DNA from: an uncultured Acidaminobacter sp.
GTDB taxonomy: Bacteria > Bacillota > Clostridia > Peptostreptococcales > Acidaminobacteraceae
DNA length: 32,000 nucleotides
NCBI GenBank assembly: GCA_963676345.2
Contig: CAXXTS010000004.1
Span: forward strand, 384,375 to 416,374
Direction of reading: 5' to 3'
A model generated the notes under the pieces. It was not told where the DNA came from. It saw only the letters and a list, made by a program, of their open reading frames with translations, and made no database searches. Below, one piece after another: positions 19,238-31,456 of the stretch. Each line of letters starts with the position of its first letter. The first letter of the stretch is position 1. The translations under genes were made by a program, and so were the position numbers.

Positions 19238-20869
19238 ATGTTTAAAAAAATTCAGCTATGGCGTGTCATGGCCGTTTTCATGTTTATCATCATTTTTATG
19301 TCGCTTTTTACATTTATTTATGAGGAACAGGTTAAGTTGCCAAGTGAGAATTGGTCAAACGCTATAGAAATTGATTCATATAATCCTAAAATGGATTTTG
19401 AAAGTTTGTCTGCAAGCAATACTTTTGCTGCTAAAACGAATGCGTCAGAATTTGTTAATGTCGTTGCTCTGAATAATACGCTTAGTCTTAAGTCATTTGA
19501 CATGTCAGGCAAGCTGGTTTCTGAAGGATTAGTTACACTGGATCATGAAATATCTGAAGTCTCGGGAGAAATGCGAAATGGTGCTCTTGAACTCATCACA
19601 CTTTCACAAGATAAAATGCATGTGAGTTTTATTTCTTTAGATCCTGAAACATTTGCTCAAACTGCCATTAAGGGTGTTGTACTTGATAATATGGTCTCAA
19701 AACTCTCAAGTGATCACGTTACTGCATTTAACCGTGAAGAAGTTGTATTTATTAAAAACGGTGAGGCACAGTACTTTTCGCCAAATTTTGATGGCAGAAT
19801 TGAACGCGCTGAAACAAATCAAGTCGGTGACAAGCTGCTCATCAGTGCGATTACAATGAAAGGGAGCACATATCACCTCGAGCTGTATACTGTATCGGGC
19901 TCAGAGACAACTTCTGAACAACTTTATACCCTCCCTTCACTCAGTGCTATAAATCCAGTCCATCTGGCTATGGCCACTCAGGAAGGCGAAACCGTTATTA
20001 TTACAACAATGAAACATATGCGTTTTGGAACAAATTATGTCGACTTTTTCCTAAATGCTCAAAATGGTACAGATTCTTTAAATCATAGTGGATATGAAGT
20101 GAATACTTATGAAGCTATTCCTTATCTAATTGAAGAAGAAAACGGCGATCTTAGCTACCTAATCAATTTTTGGGCATCTAACTTAGGACGTACTGAGATT
20201 GCAAAAGGGGTTCAGGCTTATCCAAACCTTTATATAACGACCCATGGTACAGATAACTTCAAGCAGCTTACTAAATCTGAGCGTAGCTCTGTGAAACCAT
20301 CCTATATGCGTCTTGGAGACTATGATTACTTGATTTACAACGAGCAAAACGAACTTGAAAATATCGTTTATATGGCTTCTAATAATCCCCATATAATCGC
20401 TGCTAGCCGTGATTATTCTTCTGAAACTTTATTCGACATTTTTATGCGAACGATTACAACGTATCCGGCACTCATATTGGCTGGCATACCACCGCTTTTA
20501 ACTGTTATTTTACCTGTACTGGTCATTACAGCTCCAATTCTCATGTTCAAACTAAACTGGGCTGAGCAAAACAAAGAAAAAATGACCTTAATTATTATTG
20601 TGGTCTTCGTACTCAGTAAAATCTATGCCTTCGGTTTTGACATTTTCCCGTTCTTTACTAAAGAAGATTTGTGGCCTAAATTTATGGATGCGTCATTTAC
20701 CCACTGGCTTGCAATGATTGTACTCAGTATATTTACCTATTTGATATACATAAGTAGAAACAAATCTCGCACGGGACAAAACGATCATTTTCTAAAACAG
20801 ATTACTTTTTACATTATTTTAGATGTTGTTGTCATGATTTGTTTTTTCATGCCATACTCCATTATATAA
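19238..20869 (+). CDS. uncharacterised multi-pass membrane protein with a large extracytoplasmic domain (543 aa)
   Basis: Strong RBS GAGGGGGA. It has an N-terminal TM segment (LWRVMAVFMFIIIFMSLFTFIY), then ~380 residues of soluble, beta-rich-looking sequence, then 4-5 C-terminal TM segments (YPALILAGIPPLLTVILPVLVITAPILMF; LIIIVVFVLSKIYAFGF; WLAMIVLSIFTYLIYI; ITFYIILDVVVMICFFMPY). I recognise no family motif. Confidence 0.8.
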   Translation: MFKKIQLWRVMAVFMFIIIFMSLFTFIYEEQVKLPSENWSNAIEIDSYNPKMDFESLSASNTFAAKTNASEFVNVVALNNTLSLKSFDMSGKLVSEGLVTLDHEISEVSGEMRNGALELITLSQDKMHVSFISLDPETFAQTAIKGVVLDNMVSKLSSDHVTAFNREEVVFIKNGEAQYFSPNFDGRIERAETNQVGDKLLISAITMKGSTYHLELYTVSGSETTSEQLYTLPSLSAINPVHLAMATQEGETVIITTMKHMRFGTNYVDFFLNAQNGTDSLNHSGYEVNTYEAIPYLIEEENGDLSYLINFWASNLGRTEIAKGVQAYPNLYITTHGTDNFKQLTKSERSSVKPSYMRLGDYDYLIYNEQNELENIVYMASNNPHIIAASRDYSSETLFDIFMRTITTYPALILAGIPPLLTVILPVLVITAPILMFKLNWAEQNKEKMTLIIIVVFVLSKIYAFGFDIFPFFTKEDLWPKFMDASFTHWLAMIVLSIFTYLIYISRNKSRTGQNDHFLKQITFYIILDVVVMICFFMPYSII

Positions 20870-20899
20870 TGAAGTCTATTTATATCTTCAATACAAAAG

Positions 20900-20945
20900 A
20901 TCCAGCAGATTACTGGGGATTCTACCCTTGATTTGCTGGATTTTA
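20900..20945 (+). terminator. possible terminator after the 543-aa gene (large-loop hairpin)
   Basis: ATCCAGCA...TGCTGGAT arms with a ~26-nt loop, followed by TTTTAAAG. The structure is weak. Confidence 0.35.
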
Positions 20946-21210
20946 AAGCGCTAACTTTTCAGGTTTTACTCAAACTTTCGGGTTTTAACCAGTAGTAGCT
21001 TTACACATTTCTTATCTATTTTAAAAATATACTTCTTAAAAATTACAAAAAGCCTTTTAATATTTCCCAGGAAATATTAAAGGGCGTCTTTATTATACTT
21101 CTTCAAAAAAAGGGAGTCTTAAAAAAGACTCCTGACAACTCGAATCAAATATATTAAAGGGGGCTATATTGCTAATATTCCCTAAGGTAAGGCATTTAAA
21201 CAGTTAAATT

Positions 21211-21250
21211 AAAAAAGCCCTTTGCACTAAAAGTGCAAAGGGCTCATTTT
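21211..21250. terminator. bidirectional intrinsic terminator downstream of gyrA
   Basis: An 11-bp hairpin GCCCTTTGCAC-taaaa-GTGCAAAGGGC, flanked by A6 upstream and a T-rich tail (tcaTTTTT) downstream. Confidence 0.8.
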
Positions 21251-21322
21251 TAGGGTGTAAATACTGCAAATACTCCTTTTTGGCATTAATATAAAGTTTA
21301 TTAAGATTGAACTTATAAGACT

Positions 21323-23827
21323 TTATACCTCCTCTGATTTATCCTCAGATACATCTGATGTCTCTTGCTGTGCTTCATCTGATTCAAGTTCTTCATCATC
21401 TTCTGAATCCGTTTCATGAATCTTAGCAAGAGATACCAACATGCTGTCATCTTTTGTCTTCATCAGGGTTACGCCAGATGTCGAGCGGCCCATTGTAGAA
21501 ATATCATCTACGCTGAGTCGAATGAGTACACCAATATTATTGATAATCATTATTTCATCACCAGGATGTACAATTTGAGCCCCAATCAACTCGCCTGTCT
21601 TATCTGTGATATTATATGTTTTTATGCCTTTGCCGCCACGTGTCTGAACGCGATATTCTTCAATAGGCGTTTGCTTTCCATAGCCAAACTCACTGACAAC
21701 CAGCAATTTTGAATCTTCTTCAATACGTTCCATAACGACAACTTCGTCATCTGGATCAAGCTGAATTCCGCGCACACCTGTCGCAGTACGACCCATTTCA
21801 CGTACATCGTTTTCATGGAATCGGATTGACTTGCCTTTTCTACTGACAATAATTAGTTCATCGTCGCCTGTGGTTTCCATAATTTTAATCAGCTCATCAC
21901 CAATATTTAAATTAATAGCAATGAGTCCTGATTTTCTATTGGAATCCAATTTGCTCAGTGCTGTCTTTTTCACAGTCCCGCGCTTGGTTGCAAAAACAAG
22001 GTATCCCGTGTCAAAGCCTTCTACTGGAATCATTGTCGTTACTGTTTCTTCAGGCTCAAGCTGAATCAAGTTCACAATATTTGTCCCTTTAGAAATCCGG
22101 CTCGCATCTGGAATTTCATACGTCTTAAGGCGATACATTTTACCGAAGCTTGTAAAGACAAGGAGGGTATCATGCGTAGACATGGTATATATCTGTTCTA
22201 CAAAATCTTCTTCTTTTGTAGCCATGCCCTGCTTTCCACGCCCACCACGCTTTTGGCTTTGATATGTACTCGCTGATACACGCTTGACATAGCCGTCATG
22301 TGTTAGGGTTACAACCACTTCTTCTTGATCGATCATATCTTCGATATTAATCTCGTCAATGGCAAATGATATATCTGTACGTCTATCATCACCATAACGC
22401 GCTCTAATACGCAGTAGATCCTCTTTAATGATTTCCATAAGCAGTCCTTCGTCAGCTAGGATAGCACGAAGTTCTTTTATAGTCTGCATGAGTTGCTGAT
22501 ACTCTGTTTCAACTTTTTCACGTTCCAGACCAGTCAGCTTTTGAAGACGCATATCTAAAATAGCCTGCGCTTGAATATCTGACAAATCAAAGCTCTGCAT
22601 CAGTGCTGCTTTGGCTTCCGATGTATTTTTTGAAGCTCGAATTGTTTTGATAACTTCATCAATATTATCGATTGCAACTCTTAAACCTTCTAAAATGTGC
22701 GCTCTATGTTCTGCTTTTTTAAGGTCATACTGTACCCGGCGTGTTTCAACTTCTTTTTGGTGATTGATATAGTGACTCAGTATTTCATGAAGATTCAACA
22801 CTTTAGGCTGATTGTCCACGAGTGCAATCATAATCATCGAATATGTTCCTTCAAGCTGAGAATGCTTATACAGCTTATTGAGAACCACATTTGGATTGGC
22901 ATCTTTACGCAGTTCAATAACGACGCGTATACCATTTCTATTTGATTCATCACGCAGGTCTGTGATGCCGTCAATTTTCTTATTACGAACAAGATCGGCA
23001 ATGCCCTCAATCATTTTTGATTTATTGACTTGATACGGAATTTCCGTAACAACAATCGCCATCTTGCCTTTTCTAATTTCTTCTATTTGTGCTTTAGAAC
23101 GTACGCGTACACGACCACGACCTGTTCTATAGGCCTTTTTAATAGCTTCCATACCCATGATTTCAGCACCAGTAGGAAAATCAGGCCCCTTGATGATTTC
23201 AATTAAGTCTTCTACATCTGTTTCTGGCTCATCTATCATTTTAATGACGCCGTCAATAACCTCACATAAATTGTGTGGTGGAATCGATGTCGCAAGACCA
23301 ACCGCTATACCATTTGAACCATTGACAAGTAGATTTGGGAAACGTGATGGTAAAACCAGCGGTTCCTTTTCTGTTTCGTCAAAGTTTGTTCCGTAATCAA
23401 CTGTTTCTTTATCGATATCTTTCATGAGTTCAGAAGCAAGTCGTGTCATTCGGGCTTCTGTATAACGCATTGCCGCCGCACTGTCTCCGTCAATGGAACC
23501 AAAGTTGCCATGTCCGTCAACGAGCATATATCGAATTGAGAAGTCCTGTGCCATTCTTACCATGGCATTATAAACTGAGGAATCACCATGCGGGTGATAT
23601 TTACCCAGTACTTCACCGACGATACGGGCTGATTTTCTATGCTGCTTGTCAGATGTAAATCCAAGTTCGCTCATTGCGTATAGAATACGTCTATGAACAG
23701 GCTTAAGACCATCACGTACATCTGGTAGAGCACGGCTTACAATTACACTCATGGCATAATCCAGGTATGATTTTTTCATCTCATCCCGAATATCAATACC
23801 TATTATTCTATCGTAAGTATCACTCAT
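21323..23827 (-). CDS. gyrA: DNA gyrase subunit A
   Basis: 834 aa with the motifs [19 protein letters not shown] (the active-site Tyr region) and a beta-pinwheel CTD. It ends in an acidic C-terminal tail. Confidence 0.97.
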   Translation of the reverse strand: MSDTYDRIIGIDIRDEMKKSYLDYAMSVIVSRALPDVRDGLKPVHRRILYAMSELGFTSDKQHRKSARIVGEVLGKYHPHGDSSVYNAMVRMAQDFSIRYMLVDGHGNFGSIDGDSAAAMRYTEARMTRLASELMKDIDKETVDYGTNFDETEKEPLVLPSRFPNLLVNGSNGIAVGLATSIPPHNLCEVIDGVIKMIDEPETDVEDLIEIIKGPDFPTGAEIMGMEAIKKAYRTGRGRVRVRSKAQIEEIRKGKMAIVVTEIPYQVNKSKMIEGIADLVRNKKIDGITDLRDESNRNGIRVVIELRKDANPNVVLNKLYKHSQLEGTYSMIMIALVDNQPKVLNLHEILSHYINHQKEVETRRVQYDLKKAEHRAHILEGLRVAIDNIDEVIKTIRASKNTSEAKAALMQSFDLSDIQAQAILDMRLQKLTGLEREKVETEYQQLMQTIKELRAILADEGLLMEIIKEDLLRIRARYGDDRRTDISFAIDEINIEDMIDQEEVVVTLTHDGYVKRVSASTYQSQKRGGRGKQGMATKEEDFVEQIYTMSTHDTLLVFTSFGKMYRLKTYEIPDASRISKGTNIVNLIQLEPEETVTTMIPVEGFDTGYLVFATKRGTVKKTALSKLDSNRKSGLIAINLNIGDELIKIMETTGDDELIIVSRKGKSIRFHENDVREMGRTATGVRGIQLDPDDEVVVMERIEEDSKLLVVSEFGYGKQTPIEEYRVQTRGGKGIKTYNITDKTGELIGAQIVHPGDEIMIINNIGVLIRLSVDDISTMGRSTSGVTLMKTKDDSMLVSLAKIHETDSEDDEELESDEAQQETSDVSEDKSEEV

Positions 23828-23839
23828 TCAAACACACCT

Positions 23840-25759
<1,920 letters not shown>

Positions 25760-25868
25760 TTAACCTCCCGACCGTTCGAATTTTCTTCCTCTCCTTAGAC
25801 AAAGCATAGACAGGAATAAATCACTCATATTTATATTTTGCATGATGATCCTATTTCACGCGTCCGCA

Positions 25869-26981
25869 CTAGAGCGGACGAACGGTTCCTTGATCTACAT
25901 GAAAAACTCTAGCAGCTTTTACATATTCAGAATCAATCGAATCAACATCTGTAATTGTTATGATTGTCTGAATATCTTGCATCGTTCTAATTAAATCATT
26001 TTGTCGTCTGTTATCTAGCTCAGACATAACGTCATCAAGCAACAAGATAGGATATTCTCCCACCTCTTCTTTGATGATTTCTATTTCTGACAGCCTAAGA
26101 GACAATGCCGCTGTCCGCTGCTGACCCTGTGAACCAAATTGTCTGATATCAATTTCATTCACAAAAATACCCAGGTCATCCCTATGGGGGCCAACACTGG
26201 TATATCCGCGCTTTAAATCGCTCTCATATGCAGCTTCTAAACGCTCTATAAACGCCATATATATTGTATCATATTCATCCGTATTTTTTACTTTAATATT
26301 AGATAAATACGTAATCTTTAATGACTCTTTTCCGTCCGTAATACCAAAGTGTATATCCTTGCTCATTTCACTGAGTTTATTCAAAAATAATCTTCTTGAA
26401 AGTATGACTTCCGTTCCGGATTTAGCCAATTTTTCGTCCCATACTGGGCGCATGGATTCCATGGATTTCTTATACGGAATTTTTTTTAGGAGTTCGTTGC
26501 GCTGTCCCATAATACGCATATATTCAATGATGCCGCGACAGTATTTAGGACTTATTTGAGACAACTCACGGTCAATAAAGCGCCGTCGTTCAGCCGGCCC
26601 TTCTTTTATCAGTCGTAAGTCTTCAGGAGAAAAAAGAACAATGTTAAGTGCGCCAAATAAATCCGCTCTCTTGTGAAGTCGGCTTCCATTGACCCTAATG
26701 TCCTTTTCTGCTTGTTTATTCAATCTGAAGTCAATAGAGACGTCTGTGTATTCCTTTTGAGCATGAACACGTACCTGCGCTTGCTCTGCCGTCATATTAA
26801 GCAAATCTTTGTCTTTATTGGTTCGAAATGACTTTCCGAAGCCTGTAACGTAAATGGACTCTAATAGATTTGTCTTACCTTGTGCATTGTTACCGATAAA
26901 AATATTAAGCTTAGGACTCAGCTCTAAACTTGCTGAATCATAATTACGGTAGTTTTTTAAATACAACTGGTCTATATACAA
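25869..26981 (-). CDS. recF: DNA replication and repair protein RecF
   Basis: 370 aa with Walker A GNNAQGKTNLLE, the signature SQGQQRT and Walker B LLLDDVMSELD. Confidence 0.95.
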   Translation of the reverse strand: MYIDQLYLKNYRNYDSASLELSPKLNIFIGNNAQGKTNLLESIYVTGFGKSFRTNKDKDLLNMTAEQAQVRVHAQKEYTDVSIDFRLNKQAEKDIRVNGSRLHKRADLFGALNIVLFSPEDLRLIKEGPAERRRFIDRELSQISPKYCRGIIEYMRIMGQRNELLKKIPYKKSMESMRPVWDEKLAKSGTEVILSRRLFLNKLSEMSKDIHFGITDGKESLKITYLSNIKVKNTDEYDTIYMAFIERLEAAYESDLKRGYTSVGPHRDDLGIFVNEIDIRQFGSQGQQRTAALSLRLSEIEIIKEEVGEYPILLLDDVMSELDNRRQNDLIRTMQDIQTIITITDVDSIDSEYVKAARVFHVDQGTVRPL

Positions 26982-26992
26982 ACGATCACCGC

Positions 26993-27238
26993 CTATATTT
27001 CTGAAACCACCTTGCAGCTCATAATTTCTGCAATATTGCCATTTTCATCCGGTATGTACAAATCTACAATATCGCCATCATGCAGCTTCTTGCCTCGTGA
27101 TGTACAAACTTCGCCATTGACGCGAACCATTTCTTCTTTTATGAACAGCTTTGCAACGCCACCTGAATCAACCAGCTCTGAGAATTTGAGAAATTGATCG
27201 AGTTTTATATATTCTGTGCTGATAGTAACTTCCTGCAT
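26993..27238 (-). CDS. yaaA: S4-domain RNA-binding protein YaaA
   Basis: 81 aa from the ATG at 27238, with an AAGGAGG RBS. The sequence is IKLDQFLKFSELVDSGGVAKLFIKEEMVRVNGEVCTSRGKKLHDGD. It occupies the conserved position between dnaN and recF. Confidence 0.85.
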   Translation of the reverse strand: MQEVTISTEYIKLDQFLKFSELVDSGGVAKLFIKEEMVRVNGEVCTSRGKKLHDGDIVDLYIPDENGNIAEIMSCKVVSEI

Positions 27239-27303
27239 ATGAACCTCCTTATACAAAGGACAGAAGCCCCCACAGCTGTGAGGACTTCGATTTATCGACT
27301 GAC

Positions 27304-28416
27304 TTAAGATACACTTGCAATGCGTACAGGTGTCACAATATACGTATAGTTCTCATGATCTGATGGCATCATAACACATGGACTAACACTGCTTGTAAGT
27401 TTCATCGTTACATCTTCACAATCCATGACTTTAAGTGCATCTGTGAGATACTTGGGATTGAATCCGATTTCAAGGTCTTGCCCTTCTAAAGTGATCAGAA
27501 CTTCTTCATCCACACTTCCCATTTCTGTGTTGGAAGTGATGTGCATGCTGCGGTCTCTGATTGAAAGTTTTATAGAGTTGTTTTTACCTTCTCTTGCCAT
27601 TAGACTGGCTCTTTCTATACCACTGAGCAGGTCTGCTGTTTTGACACTCAGTTCAGACTTGAACTCTTTTGGCTGAATCATTTCATACTGAATGAACTCA
27701 CCTTCAAGAATTCTGGAAACAATTTTTACATCTTCCACACTGACCAAGATATGTTTTTCTGTAAACGAAATTTTAACGGTCTCATCGCCATCATAGCCAC
27801 CTAGAATACGATTGATTTCAGATAGTGTCTTACCTGGAACAACAGCTTGCTCATTCATCTGAGAATCGATACGTGCTTTTCTAATGGCCAATCTATAGCC
27901 GTCTATACTTACGATTGTAATATTATTTTCTTCAACCTTAATGAGTGAACCGGTCAGTATTGGCTTGGAATCATTTTGGCTGATTGCGAAAATGGTTTGT
28001 CTGATCATGTTGCTGAGAAGATCCTGTTGCATTTCAAATGAATGTATATCTTCAACTTCAGGCAGCTCTGGATACTCAACTGCAGGCTGTCCTACTAAAT
28101 TGAATTCTGACTTCTCGCACAAAATACGAACATTATGGTTCTCGTCGACTGAAATCTCCACTTGTGCATTTGGTAACTTACGGATGATTTCACCAAAGAT
28201 ACGTGATGAAACAACAATGCCACCAGGCACTTCGATGTTTGCATTTATATTAGTTTCTATACCTATACTTAAATCATTACCTGTGAGTTTTAGTTTGTCG
28301 TTGTTCGACTCAAGTAGAATGCCTTTAAGAATTGGCAGGGTTGTTTTTGTAGATACAGCTTTTTGAACGATGTTGATTCCTGCTGCAAGGTCTTTTTGCT
28401 GACAAGAAAACTTCAT
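27304..28416 (-). CDS. dnaN: DNA polymerase III beta subunit (sliding clamp)
   Basis: 370 aa. The protein (MKFSCQQKDLAAGINIVQKAVSTKTTLPILKGILLE...) and its position after dnaA are diagnostic. The RBS is GGGAGG. Confidence 0.96.
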   Translation of the reverse strand: MKFSCQQKDLAAGINIVQKAVSTKTTLPILKGILLESNNDKLKLTGNDLSIGIETNINANIEVPGGIVVSSRIFGEIIRKLPNAQVEISVDENHNVRILCEKSEFNLVGQPAVEYPELPEVEDIHSFEMQQDLLSNMIRQTIFAISQNDSKPILTGSLIKVEENNITIVSIDGYRLAIRKARIDSQMNEQAVVPGKTLSEINRILGGYDGDETVKISFTEKHILVSVEDVKIVSRILEGEFIQYEMIQPKEFKSELSVKTADLLSGIERASLMAREGKNNSIKLSIRDRSMHITSNTEMGSVDEEVLITLEGQDLEIGFNPKYLTDALKVMDCEDVTMKLTSSVSPCVMMPSDHENYTYIVTPVRIASVS

Positions 28417-28667
28417 GTGGATAACCTCCCGTCAAATATGTATTGAAAGCCCTAATAAAACAATAATAATTATTATAGTCATAGTAATAGGCCCTGTTAA
28501 TTTGTTTAAAACACAGTAAACCCATTGTCTTGTAAAGCGTTAAGCCTGTGAGGAAATTGTGAATAAGTTCAAGAAAACGGGCAAGTTATACACTGTTTCT
28601 ATCTTGCCCGTTTGAGTTAAAGTTATACACAGATTCACTATGGTTATACACAGGATTTTGTGGATTA
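28416..28667. other. oriC, dnaA-dnaN part: DnaA boxes plus an AT-rich candidate unwinding element
   Basis: There is a perfect TGTGGATAA at 28416..28424. One-mismatch boxes lie at 28558..28566 (TGTGAATAA), 28623..28631 and 28644..28652 (TTATACACA) and 28659..28667 (TGTGGATTA). The AT-rich tract 28452..28490 ends in phased TAG/TAA triplets next to GGCCC. Confidence 0.65.
28571..28613 (-). terminator. intrinsic terminator after dnaA
   Basis: Hairpin AAACGGGCAAG...CTTGCCCGTTT, followed by TTTTCTT on the - strand. The loop carries a DnaA-box-like TTATACACT. Confidence 0.55.
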
Positions 28668-29999
28668 TTCACCCAGAATCTCTTTTTTAAGTTTTTCCAG
28701 TTTATCACCGACATCTGGTTTTTCATTTTTTTCCTTTAAAATCTTATCGTAAGCATGAATGACCGTTGTATGATCTCGCCCACCGAATTCTTCTCCGATT
28801 TTAGGGAGAGAGAGATCTGTCATTTCACGGCACAAGAACATGGCAATTTGTCTTGGATAAGATATGGCCCGCGTTCTTCGTTTGGATTCAAGGTCTTCAA
28901 TTTTCAAATTATAGTACTGTGAAACGACATCCTTAATGAGAGCCACAGTAACTTGTTTTGGCCTAGATGAAGAAATGATATCTTTTAAAGCTTCTTGAGA
29001 GAGCTCAACTGAGATTTCTTTATTCGTTAGTGATGAGTATGCAATAATACGTGTTAATGCACCTTCGAGCTCACGAATATTAGATTTTATCTTTTTAGCA
29101 ATAAATTCAAATACTTCGTTTGGAATATCAATGCTGTCAACTTCAGCTTTTTTTCTGAGAATGGCAATTCGCGTTTCAAAATCGGGTGCTTGTATGTCTG
29201 TGATGAGACCCCATTCAAAACGAGAACGCAGTCGGTCTTCCAGCGTTGGGATTTCCTTAGGTGGTCGATCACTTGAAACGATAATTTGCTTGTTTGCTTC
29301 ATATAATGCGTTAAATGTGTGGAAGAATTCTTCCTGGGTCCGTTCTTTGCCTGCAATAAACTGAATGTCATCGACCAGAAGGACGTCAACATGACGATAC
29401 TTATTGCGGAACTCTTCGTTTTTGTCATCTTTAATAGAGTTGATCAGCTCATTTGTAAACTTTTCACTGGATACATAGACCACTTTACTAATTGGATTGC
29501 TGTCTAGAATATAATGTCCAATGGCATGCATCAAGTGGGTTTTACCGAGTCCAACCCCCCCATAGATGAAGAGCGGGTTATAAGCTTTCGCAGGTGATTC
29601 TGCAACAGCGAGTGAGGCTGCGTGTGCAAACCGGTTGGAGTTGCCGATGACAAATTCATCAAAGACGTATTTAGGATTGAGAAGTGGTGCCTCGAACCCT
29701 TCCTTATCACGCAGAATGTCTTCGGTGTCCTCTTGAATGTAAGCTTTTTCACCTGGAATAATGAATTCAAGATCGTATGAAACGGATGTTACCTGCTTAA
29801 TTGCATTTGCAATAAGTTGTACATAACGATTCTCGAGTATTTCCTTGTTGAATTCGTTAGGGACCCCTAACAGAATTATTTTTCCTTTGATCGCGATGGG
29901 CTCAATTGTCTTTAACCAAGTGTTGAAACTTACTTCGGTAAGCTCACTTTTAATTAAGGTTAATGTTTTATCCCATATTTCACGAACGTTTAAGTCCAT
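28665..29999 (-). CDS. dnaA: chromosomal replication initiator protein DnaA
   Basis: 444 aa with the AAA+ Walker [14 protein letters not shown], Walker B LLVDDIQF and the domain IV DNA-binding signature ([11 protein letters not shown]). Confidence 0.97.
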   Translation of the reverse strand: MDLNVREIWDKTLTLIKSELTEVSFNTWLKTIEPIAIKGKIILLGVPNEFNKEILENRYVQLIANAIKQVTSVSYDLEFIIPGEKAYIQEDTEDILRDKEGFEAPLLNPKYVFDEFVIGNSNRFAHAASLAVAESPAKAYNPLFIYGGVGLGKTHLMHAIGHYILDSNPISKVVYVSSEKFTNELINSIKDDKNEEFRNKYRHVDVLLVDDIQFIAGKERTQEEFFHTFNALYEANKQIIVSSDRPPKEIPTLEDRLRSRFEWGLITDIQAPDFETRIAILRKKAEVDSIDIPNEVFEFIAKKIKSNIRELEGALTRIIAYSSLTNKEISVELSQEALKDIISSSRPKQVTVALIKDVVSQYYNLKIEDLESKRRTRAISYPRQIAMFLCREMTDLSLPKIGEEFGGRDHTTVIHAYDKILKEKNEKPDVGDKLEKLKKEILGE

Positions 30000-30034
30000 G
30001 GTTTAACCCCCTATATATATGGATAGAAATTATT

Positions 30035-30429
30035 TAGTCCACAATATATACACAGATTTTGTGAATAACTTCTACTAAATATGCTATATGAAGACAAAAA
30101 AAGATATTCACAAGTGAAAAATCAACTTGTGGAATATCTAATAAGTCGATTGATCATTCTTAATACTATACACAATATCAAGAATACGGATCTTCAGCTC
30201 TCCACAACCATAAAAGGGTTGATATTGATATAAAGCTGAAGACTATCAACGATATATTAACAGTACTATCCACAATTCATGGTGTAAATGAATAATCTGG
30301 ATGAAACATTCACATATCAACAGCGAAATTAATCATAACAAATATCTGTCGACATTTCAATTATAATATAATAATTATCCACAGGGAAGTGCTTTGTGGA
30401 TAACTTTTTGGAGAAATTTTTTATTCACA
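30035..30429. other. oriC, upstream part: DnaA-box cluster between dnaA and rpmH
   Basis: There is a perfect TTATCCACA at 30375..30383 and a perfect TGTGGATAA at 30395..30403. One-mismatch boxes lie at 30060..30068, 30266..30274 and 30421..30429. Several two-mismatch boxes are scattered through 30035..30210. Confidence 0.8.
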
Positions 30430-30529
30430 TGTTGATTTTTGAAATCTTCCTTTATATAATGAGGAAGGTTTTTTAAAAAAGGGTTGAAAACACATATATA
30501 AAGGAAGATTAAAAGTCCATCTAATTTCC

Positions 30530-30558
30530 TTGACAAGCCTAGGGCTTGACGTTATAAT
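30530..30558 (+). promoter_or_regulatory. sigma-A-type promoter of rpmH-rnpA
   Basis: TTGACA-17 nt-TATAAT, a perfect consensus, ~75 nt upstream of rpmH. Confidence 0.7.
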
Positions 30559-30633
30559 TATTTAGCGGACTTTGTGTATTCGACTATTAAGCATATTTTC
30601 ATATATGATTTTATGACAGGGGAGGTGTATTCG

Positions 30634-30768
30634 GTGAAAAGAACTTATCAACCAAAGAAGCGTCAGCGTAAGGTGGAGCACGGATTCAGAAAGAGAATGC
30701 GTACTAAATCAGGCCGTAACGTTCTTAAAAACAGAAGAAAAAGAGGCAGAAAAAGCTTGACTGCATAA
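30634..30768 (+). CDS. rpmH: 50S ribosomal protein L34
   Basis: 44 aa from the GTG at 30634, with a GGGGAGG RBS. The sequence is [44 protein letters not shown]. The longer ORF-track version (30574) is an upstream extension. Confidence 0.95.
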   Translation: MKRTYQPKKRQRKVEHGFRKRMRTKSGRNVLKNRRKRGRKSLTA

Positions 30769-30792
30769 GACCGCGATACGTGGTCTTTTTTG
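30768..30792 (+). terminator. hairpin with a T-run after rpmH (probably a partial terminator)
   Basis: AGACCGCG-ata-CGTGGTCT followed by TTTTTT. Confidence 0.55.
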
Positions 30793-30876
30793 CAATTTAG
30801 AAAATCTTTCATTACGATTTGGATGGAATAAATATTTCTAAAGGAAGTCAAAAATCAGTAAAACGGAGGATGCACT

Positions 30877-31215
30877 GTGGGATTAGTTAGTCTCAGAAAC
30901 AGTCGGGAATTCCATGCCGTTTATAAACGGGGCCGATCGGTCGTCACAAAATATATTGTGATGTATTATAAAAAAAATGACTTAGACGAAAACCGTGTTG
31001 GCATATCCGTGAGTAAGAAGGTTGGCAAAGCAGTCGTCCGCAATAGGGTAAAGCGCCTTATAAAGGAAACATTTCGACTCAGAGCCGATTCTATAGAAAA
31101 AGGATATGATATCGTATTTGTAGCGAGGGTTCGTATGAATCGCGCGACTTTTAAAGATACGAGCCGTGAAATGAACCGCGTACTTAAGGAATTACAAAAA
31201 AGAAATCAGGTGTAG
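30877..31215 (+). CDS. rnpA: ribonuclease P protein component
   Basis: 112 aa with a GTG start and a GGAGGA RBS. The RNR motif region reads KKVGKAVVRNRVKRLIKE, and the position after rpmH is conserved. Confidence 0.93.
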   Translation: MGLVSLRNSREFHAVYKRGRSVVTKYIVMYYKKNDLDENRVGISVSKKVGKAVVRNRVKRLIKETFRLRADSIEKGYDIVFVARVRMNRATFKDTSREMNRVLKELQKRNQV

Positions 31216-31218
31216 ATT

Positions 31219-31428
31219 TTGAAAAAAATGATCATTTTTCTACTCAGGCTATACAAGCGTTATGTATCACCATTTTTGGGAAACAACTGCAGGTATTATC
31301 CGACGTGCTCTGAATATTCGATGGAGGCGGTCGAAAAATATGGCGCTGCAAAAGGTGGTCTAATGGGTTTGAAGAGAATTATGAGATGTCATCCATTTCA
31401 TCCAGGCGGATATGATCCCGTGGAGTAA
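31219..31428 (+). CDS. yidD: membrane protein insertion efficiency factor YidD
   Basis: 69 aa with the sequence [57 protein letters not shown]. It probably uses a TTG start. Confidence 0.9.
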   Translation: MKKMIIFLLRLYKRYVSPFLGNNCRYYPTCSEYSMEAVEKYGAAKGGLMGLKRIMRCHPFHPGGYDPVE

Positions 31429-31456
31429 TGGATGGGTTGAATAGGAGGATAATTCG

